Assembly (NCBI GenBank): GCA_951406725.2
Contig: OX597816.1
Span: forward strand, 68,572,001 to 68,636,000
Source: Octopus vulgaris
Lineage: Eukaryota
Direction: 5' to 3'
Length of the DNA stretch: 64,000 nucleotides
The position numbers and the translations under genes are program-made. Positions 55,940 through 64,000 of this stretch are shown piece after piece. The notes under the pieces are model-generated. The model saw only the letters and a list, made by a program, of their open reading frames with translations, was not told the origin of the DNA and searched no databases. The stretch's first letter is position 1, and each line of letters starts with the position of its first letter.

Positions 55940-57115
55940 AGCGTGGTGTTGTTGTTGTTGTTGTTGTTGTTGTTGATGTTACCGCTACTCCTGCTGTTGC
56001 TGCGGGTGGTGATGATGCTGCTGCTCACGTGGCTGCTGATGGTGTGTGTTGCTGTTGTTGTTGTTGCTGCTGTTGTCTTCGCTACAGCTGTTGCTGCTGC
56101 TGTTGATAGGCTGTCACTGATGTTGCTGGTGAAAACTTTGTTATTATAGTTGCTAATGTTAACGATGACAACGATGCCGTTGCTATTGTTGCTAACGACG
56201 ATGTTTGTGTCGCTGTTGTTGTTGTTGTTGGTATTAGGTGTGGCTGTGTGGTAAGAAGCTGGCTTCCCAACTACACGGGTTCGGGTTCAGTCCCACTGCG
56301 TAGCACCTTGGACAAGTGTCTTCTATAGCCTCGGGCCGACCAAAGCCTTGTGAGTGGATTTGGTAGACGGAAACAGAAAGAAGCCCGTCGTATACATACA
56401 CACATGCATACATACATACACACATATATACATGTGTGTGTGTGTGATTGTTTTTTGTGCTTATCCTTCACCACCGCTTGACGACCGGTGTTGGTGTATT
56501 TGTGTCCCCGTAACTTAGCGGCTCGGCAAAGGTTAACCGATAGAAAAAGTAACAGGCTTAAACAGGAAGTACTGGGAGGTCGATTCATTCATTCGACTAA
56601 AAATTCAAGATGGCGCCCCAGCATGGCCGCAGTCTAATGACTGAAATAAGTAAATGATAAACGAGAAAAAGATATTATTGTTGCTAATATTGACGATGGC
56701 GATGTTGTTGTTGCTATCGTTGCCGTCGACGAAGTTTGTAAGTTTGTGTCGCTGTTGTTGATATTAGAAAGAACTGTTTGATGCTAACGTTGGTGTCGGC
56801 GTTGCTGTTGTGGTCGTTGTTTTCGTTGTTGTTGTTGTTGCTGTTCGCGGGGGTGGTGGTGGTGATAGTGTTGTTATTGTTGTGATGTTGCTACTGTTGG
56901 TTGTGATGCTGATATTACTACTCTCATCGCTGTTGTCGTTGCCACTGTAGTTGTTTGTTGTTGTTAGTGATGCGTCTGTATTGCTGTTGTGGCTGTCGAC
57001 GAAGTTTGTGTCGCTGTTGTTGATATTAGAACGAACAGTTGATGCGAATGCTGGTGTCACTGATGCTCTCGTCGTGGTCGTGGTCGTTGATGCTAATGTT
57101 GTTGATATTACTACT
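55940..57115. repeat. (GTT/GCT/GAT)-rich low-complexity region containing a family B SINE (56236-56660)
   Basis: Trinucleotide runs and a repeated GTTTGTGTCGCTGTTGTTGATATTAGAA unit. Confidence 0.8.
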
Positions 57116-57124
57116 TTCATTTAC

Positions 57125-57710
57125 CGCCAGCTGGCAGAACCGTTAGCATGCCGGGCGAAATGCGTAGCCGTATTTCGTCTGCCGTTACGTTCTGAGTTCA
57201 AATTCCGCCGAGGTCCACTTTGCCTTTCATCCTTTCGGGGTCGATTAACTAAGTACCAGTTACGCACTGGGGTCGATGTAATCGACTTAATCCGTTTGTC
57301 TGTCCTTGTTTGTCCTCTCTGTGTTTAGCCCCTTGTGGGTAGTAAAGAAATAGGTATTTCGTCTGCCGTTACCTTCTGAGTTCAAATTCCGCCGAGGTCG
57401 ACTTTGCCTTTCATCCTTTCGGGGTCGATAAATTAAGTACCAGTTACGACCTGGGGTTGATCGAATCGACTTAATCCGTTTGTCTGTCCTTGTTTGTCCT
57501 CTCTGTGCTTAGCCCCTTGTGGGTAGTAAAGAAATAAGTATTTCGTCTGCCGTTACGTTCTGAGTTCAAATTCCGCCGAGGTCGACTTTGCCTTTCGTCC
57601 CTTCGGGGTCGATAAAATAAATACCAGTTGATTACGGGGAGGGGGGGTTTCGATGTTATTGATTCACCCTCTCCCTGAAATTTGCTGGACTAGTGCCAAA
57701 ATTTGAAACC
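57125..57710 (+). mobile_element. SINE family A, three tandem units
   Basis: GTATTTCGTCTGCCGTTAC...GGGGTCGAT repeated three times at ~185-bp spacing. Confidence 0.85.
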
Positions 57711-58195
57711 GTTTATGCTGGTGTTGTTGTTAGAGTTCTTCTTGCTGTTATTGTTGGCGGTGGTGGTAGTGGTGGTGGTGTTAGTGATATGTTGGTATGC
57801 TGGGTGGCGGTGGTAGTGGTGGTGGTGGTGGTGGTGGTGCAGTGGTGCTGTTTTTGATGGTGTAGGGGGCGGCGGTGGTGACGCTGGGAGTGTTGGTGCT
57901 GGTGATTGTACACGTTGTCACTTTGTAAGTTGTTATTATGTTGTGATGTGTTCTCTAATCGTGTTGATATATTTATAGAATATAAGCACACATAGAGAGA
58001 GAGGGGGCAGAAATATATACATAGGTGTATATATATATATCTAATGTAGGATAAAATTTTTTTAGAAAAAATTTTTTTTATCAATGGCCAGCGTATTAAA
58101 AAAGACCTTTAAAAGTTAAATTTATAAATAACTTATAAAATAGGGGCAAAAGAAAAAAATTTCTTTTGCCCTTATGTTATAAGTTATATATATAT

Positions 58196-58603
58196 ACTCT
58201 CTTTTACTTTTTTACCTCTTTCAGTCATTTGACTGCGGCCATGCTGGAGCACCGCTTTTAGTCGAGCACATCGACCCCAGGACTTATTCTTTGTAAGCCT
58301 AGTACTTATTCTATCAGAGTCTTTTGCCGAATCGCTAAGTTACGGGGACGTAAACACACCAGCATCGGTTGTGAAGTGATGTCTGAGGGGCCAAACACAG
58401 ACACACAAACACACACACACACATACACACATACACATATATACATACGACGGGCTTCTTTCAGTTACCGTCTACCAAATCCACTCACAAGGCTTTGGTC
58501 GGCCCGAGGCTATAGTAGAAGACAGTTACCCAAGGTGCCACGTAGTGGGACTCTAACTCGGAACCATGTGGTTGGTAAGCAAGCTACTTACCACTCAGCC
58601 ACT
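58196..58603 (-). mobile_element. SINE family B
   Basis: Homologous to 18127-18578. Confidence 0.82.
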
Positions 58604-58619
58604 CATTATACACACGCAC

Positions 58620-58652
<33 letters not shown>

Positions 58653-59379
58653 CGTGTGCGTGTCTGCGGGTATATATGTACCTGTATGTATGTGTATGTG
58701 CGCATGTATGAGTCTTTGTTGTTACCGGTAGCATATGAGTTGGTGGTGATGATGACGGGGGTGGCTTTATAGGTATTCGTCATAGTTAAAGTGTTGATGT
58801 TGTTGTTGATAATAGAAGTGATAGCGATGATGGTGGTGGGGATGGTGGTGAAGGGGGAGTTGGTGGCAGCGGTAGTGGTTCGTAAGGAAGCTACTTACCA
58901 CACGGCAAATCCTAACTTTCTTTTAACTTTAATGTTTCTGCCTTTAGTGCATATATTTTTAAAAGCCTGGCCCTTATTCCGTCGATCTCTTTTGCCGAAC
59001 CGCTATTCTACGTGGACCTAAACACACCAACGCCAATTGACAAGCGATGAGGAGCGAAATTCACACAGACAGATAGACACATACACACATACACACGCAC
59101 GCATACACACACGCGCACACACACAAGCACATGCGCACATACATATATATATGGTGCGCTTCTTTCAATTTCCTTCGACCAAATCCACACGCAAGTCTTT
59201 GGTCTGTCCGAACCTGTATTAGAAGACCCTTGCCCGAGGTGTCACGCGGTTAGACTGAATCCGTCCACGTGGTTGCGAAGCAAACTTCCTACCACACAAC
59301 CACACCTGAGCATATAATTTAAAATTCTCACCGTCTAATCTATTGCTGAATGTTTTGTTGTTGTTGTTGCTGTTTCTTT

Positions 59380-59765
59380 GTTTGTTTGTTTCTTTCTTTG
59401 TTCGTTGAGCGAAGCGGTCTTCGTCCTTTAGTGGAAGAAGTCCGAAACGTGGTCCTTTGCTATCCGTAAGACCCGCAGAAGAGAAAGCAGGCCAACTCCC
59501 GACACCGAGATCATCGACGGATGGATGAATGCGCATCCAGGCTCAGCGGTTGCGTAGGAAGTCGGGGACAAGAAACGGGAAGAGAGAGTGATAGAAAGTT
59601 GGAGCGAAAGAGTACAACAGGGGTCGCCACCATCCCCTGTCGGAGCCTCGTGGAGCTTTAGGTGTTTTCGCTCAATAAACACACACAACGCCCGGTCTGG
59701 GAATCGAAGCCGCGATCCTCCGACCGCGAGTCCGCTGCCCTAACCCACTGGGCCATTGCGCCTCC
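59380..59765 (-). mobile_element. SINE family D
   Basis: Head GGAGGCGCAATGGCCCAGTGG on the minus strand. Confidence 0.78.
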
Positions 59766-60074
59766 TGCTGTTGCTGTTGTTATTCTTGTTCGTGTTGTGA
59801 TGTGAGGTTTAGGAGTGATGTCAAATGCTATTGTTATGATGGTGTTTTCATGAATGCGTTGTTTGTTGTTAATGTATTTAATATTGCTGTTAACTTAATG
59901 TGTCGCCATTGTTGTTTATTTTGATTCAGCCCACGGTCAATCTGGACCCAGCAGACACATGGCAAAATCCTCGTTGTTTAATGATAGCTACTTGGCCGAG
60001 GAGCAAACGCTCATTTTGTTGTTAGCTTTCCCAAGGATAACATTATCAGAATCCTGCGATTATAAGACTCCATA

Positions 60075-60330
60075 ATGCCCTCACCAACGAAAGGAAGAAA
60101 TATAAAGCAAGACTCAAGTTGAAAGCTGTACCAAAGAATATAATAATTGTGCTGCCGAAAAACATTATCATGATGTAAAAGAAAAGATGATTCGAGATTG
60201 GAGAGTAAACGCAGTCGCATTAAAGGGTATGCCAAGTAATAAATGTACATTAAGAAAACGTGCAGCCTATTGGCTGCTATTTGGAAACCATGTAGCTGAC
60301 ATGAAACTTTAATATCATCAAAATGTTTAC
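60075..60330 (+). mobile_element. pogo-family transposase N-terminal remnant (Brinker-like DNA-binding domain)
   Basis: Frameshifted translation RKKYKARLKLKAV / EYNNCAAEKHYHDVKEKMIRDWR..LKGMPSNKCTLRKRAAYW resembles POGK-type N-termini. Confidence 0.6.
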
Positions 60331-60514
60331 ATATTGAGACGGGATAATGTATTTTTACATTTTAGCAGGTTACATATAATACTGTATTTTATGCTAGGGT
60401 TGATCTGTCATCTTATACTTTGGCATTTCTGCTTATACATTGGCCATGAATACTAGTATAACTTTAAAATTTGTGTCTCGAGTTCCTCCGTTGAAATGCC
60501 GCTGGAACGTATAT

Positions 60515-60745
60515 ATTTCTTTACTACCCACAAGGGGCTAAATACAGAGGGGACAAACAAGGACAGACAAACGGATTAAGTTGATTACATCGACCCCAGT
60601 GCGTAACTGGTACTTGATTTATCAACTCCGAAAGGATGAAAGGCAAAGTGGACCTCGGCGAAATTTGAACTCAGAACGTAACCGCAGACGAAATACGGCT
60701 ACGCATTTCGCCTGGCGTGCTAACGTTTCTACCAGCTCGACGCCT
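60515..60745 (-). mobile_element. SINE family A
   Basis: Homologous to 8143-8372. Confidence 0.82.
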
Positions 60746-60873
60746 TCTTCCGCTAAGAAGGTATTTGCCCGATATCTTTTAGTTTGAGCTGTCAATGTTT
60801 TGGTGTCGTCCTGGTAAATTAATGCTGTTTGAACTTTCGCCATTTTCACACACACACGCACACATACACTCTA

Positions 60874-60906
<33 letters not shown>

Positions 60907-61115
60907 TATACACTCTCTCTCATGCACACGCACACAAACACACATGCACGAAAGACTCGAAGTGACATGTGATCCTTATTCTTCCTTCTCGCAGTATTAT
61001 TTATCTTGCGTATGTTGTACTCAGTAAATACATACACCAATATATCTTCGATTAAAATTATAATATGAAAACATTCATTATGTAAAAACGCATTTTTATA
61101 TTTTCATTTTCATAT

Positions 61116-61283
61116 AGGCGTAGGAGTGGCTGTGTAGTAAGTATCTTGTTTACGAACCACATGGTTCCGGGTTCAGTCCCACTGCGTGGCACCTTGGGCA
61201 TGTGTCTTCTACTATAGCCTCGGGTCGACCAAAGTCTTGTGAGTGGATTTGGTAGACGGAAACTGAAAGAAGCCCGTCGTATT

Positions 61284-61332
<49 letters not shown>

Positions 61333-61555
61333 GTATGTGTGTGTATATGTTTGTGTGTCTGTGGTTGTCCCTCCAGCATAGCTTGACCACCGATGGTGGT
61401 GTGTTTACGTCCCCGTAACTTAGCGGTTCGGCAAAAAGAGCCCGATAGAATAAGTACTATGCTTACATAGAATAAGTCCTGGGGTCAATTTGCTCGACCA
61501 AAGGCGGTGCCCCAGCATGGCCACAGTCAAATGACTGAAACAAGTAAAAGAGAAA
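61116..61555 (+). mobile_element. SINE family B, full length
   Basis: tRNA-like head, GCACCTTGGGCA CORE-like block, internal (TA)n, A-rich tail. Confidence 0.85.
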
Positions 61556-61727
61556 AAAATTGTATATATATATATGTATATATTTGAGTAATTGAATGAA
61601 TTATCTTATTAAGGATACTTCGAAAGATAACCGATACCTGGGTAGCAAATTCACATCAGAAAGAACACGGTTGAAGCTACGTCCCTAGGGCATAGACTAC
61701 GTGTCTTCGTGAGGAAATTTGTATGTT

Positions 61728-62280
61728 TATTTTAAAATTATAAGTATATGAAAGAATTGAGTTGAACGACTAGTTAACAAATATCCTTTATTCTCGACAT
61801 ATGTTTCGAAGGCTGCATGTGTATGTGTGTGTCTGAATGCGTGATACACACATTAAGACAGTTATATACAGTCACACACACAGGCACTCATTCACAAAAG
61901 AAATCATTTAAACTCACCATTCTTTTGACTTGCACTCTCTCACCTTACTATTCTTATGCCTCCCTCCTCCTACTTTGTTTGAACTCTTGAACCTTTAGAA
62001 ACTTCTAGATTCTTCTACATTCAGCCACTCTGACGTCACTCATTATAAAGAGACACTCATTATCGCCATGGGCTCCTTGAGAGCGGTCAGCTAAAAGTTT
62101 TTTGTGCATTTTGATGTCGACATAAGTTCCTTGATTTTCCTGATGAGAAATCTGCATAATGTACTCCTTATTCCTTCGGAATTAGGAATATGCAGCCTTC
62201 GAAACATATGTCGAGAATAAAGGATATTTGTTAACTAGTCGTTCAACTCAATTCTTTCATATACTTATAATTTTAAAATA
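61728..62280 (+). mobile_element. Short Penelope-type pseudo-LTR with inverted 5' copy
   Basis: ~91-bp inverted repeat 61728-61818 / 62190-62280 enclosing a hammerhead motif. Confidence 0.7.
62134..62218 (+). ncRNA. Type I hammerhead ribozyme
   Basis: attttc CTGATGA gaa..tgcata...tatgca..ttc GAAA catatg TC gagaat; intact core, palindromic stem III, GUC triplet. Confidence 0.75.
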
Positions 62281-62447
62281 TATATGTATATATATATCAT
62301 TATTATTTACTCGGAGTTTTACGACGAACGGGAACGTGAAACAGGTTTTGTTGAATTTCTGCTGCTTTTAAATAAAGCATATTACTCTACCCCTGGTATT
62401 TGAGTACTCTTTTTTCCCACCTTGTTTCACATATATGTGTTTACTCC

Positions 62448-62498
<51 letters not shown>

Positions 62499-63639
62499 GT
62501 GTATCTGAATATATATATGTGTGTGTGTATATATTTATATATGGGTATCTGTATATATATATGTGTGTGTGTGTGTATGTATATATGTACATACATATGT
62601 GCATATCGATCTTTCTATCTCTCTCTCTCTCTTTCTCTTTCTCTTTCAATATTTATAAATTATAAAGAAAGACACCTCCTTTGTAAGAAGGAGAAGATAT
62701 TCTATGGGTTACACTTCAGCGACCAGTATATATTGCGTCTGGACATGCCTAGACATATTAAGCATAAACATACAAATAATCATTGTGTGTGTATGTGCGT
62801 GTATATATGTATTAATGTGTGTATATATATATCTGGATAAATATATATATAATTATATGCATACATGTATACATATATAACATATATACATATGTGTGTG
62901 CGAATGAATGTATATTCGAAAACAATTATTGTTTTCTGATTATTCTTTAATACAATATTATGGACATATAGACATCATAACTTGAGACAAACCAATCAGA
63001 GAACGCGGTGCAAAATTTATTAGGTCTTCACGTGTCTGTTTCGTATTGATTATTTTTGCTCATGTTTGAAATGGAGGTGTTCTGTGTGGTACGTAGACGA
63101 GGAAAACTTAAACTAATTCTTAATGGTTTCCATACGTTAGTGACAAGACTGTCCACCACAAGGTCACATATTGCAATGTGACAAGTATTAGACATGTTAA
63201 AGTGGAATTTCTACAGACGGAAATGAAATTCAAAGCCAAAGATTTGACCAAAACCACGCAGCCGATCGAACAATCAGTGAAGCAGAAAAGGCTGTCATTA
63301 AAACGCTGTAAATAGCTGCTAACCTGATGAACAGAAACCAGGTGTCATCCAATGCATTTATTTATTTAGATAATCAATTTAACACTTTTTGGGCCATACC
63401 AAGCCCAAAATATTTCCCCAAATATTCGACCTGTTGTATGTTCAAACCGACCACATCTGATCTGTCATACCTATCGTACAATGTCATTCTATTATCGAAA
63501 TCTTGAAGTTATGAGACATAGCAAAGTTATTTAGAAAGAATTTAAATAAGTATCATGTTTCACACAGATATATGAATGCTAAAGTGTGAATCTACCGCAT
63601 AAAGCCAGTAAACCACGAGAAACTGAGATAAGGTATCTC

Positions 63640-64000
63640 TTTTACTCTTTTACTCTTTTACTTGTTTCAGTCATTTGACTGTGGCCATTCGGGAGCACCT
63701 CCTTTAGTCGAGCTAATCGACCCCAGGACTTATTCTTTCTAAGCCTAGTACTTATTCTATCGGTCTCTTTTGTCGAATCGCTAAGTTTCGGGGACGGAAA
63801 CACACCGGCATCGTTTGTCAAGCGATGTTGGGAGGACAAACACAGACACACAAACACATACACATACACTCACACATACATATACATATATACGGCGGGC
63901 TTCTTTCGGTTTCCGTCTACAAAATCCACTCAAAGGCTTTGGTCGGCCTGAGGCTATAGTAGAAGACACTTGCCCAAGGTGCCACGCAGTGGGACTGAAC
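63640..64000 (-). mobile_element. SINE family B (runs off the window end)
   Basis: Homologous to 58196-58603. Confidence 0.8.

Noticed and set aside
56764-57120. Thr/Asn-rich mucin-like ORF on the minus strand
   Set aside because: Low-complexity trinucleotide DNA interleaved with SINEs, open on both strands

Overview
AT-rich, microsatellite-saturated eukaryotic DNA. The SINE repertoire and (TA)n/(CA)n density suggest an octopus or other coleoid cephalopod; this is inference. No complete host gene is visible, and almost all ORF-track entries are microsatellite artefacts. The window holds four recurring tRNA-derived SINE families, degraded Tc1/mariner/pogo elements, non-autonomous Helitron-like elements and LINE fragments. 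The standout feature is a young ~5.8 kb Penelope-like retroelement insertion (23638-29461). It has two near-identical ~1.8 kb inverted arms around an RT-less core encoding the RT-thumb end, linker and GIY-YIG endonuclease. Each arm carries a type I hammerhead ribozyme with an unusually large, branched stem II. Around a dozen further hammerhead-like motifs from several unrelated short elements occur across the window, mostly inside or beside (TA)n tracts. Together they suggest a diverse ribozyme-bearing, microsatellite-targeting Penelope/retrozyme-like system. Coordinates were read by eye and repeat boundaries are approximate.
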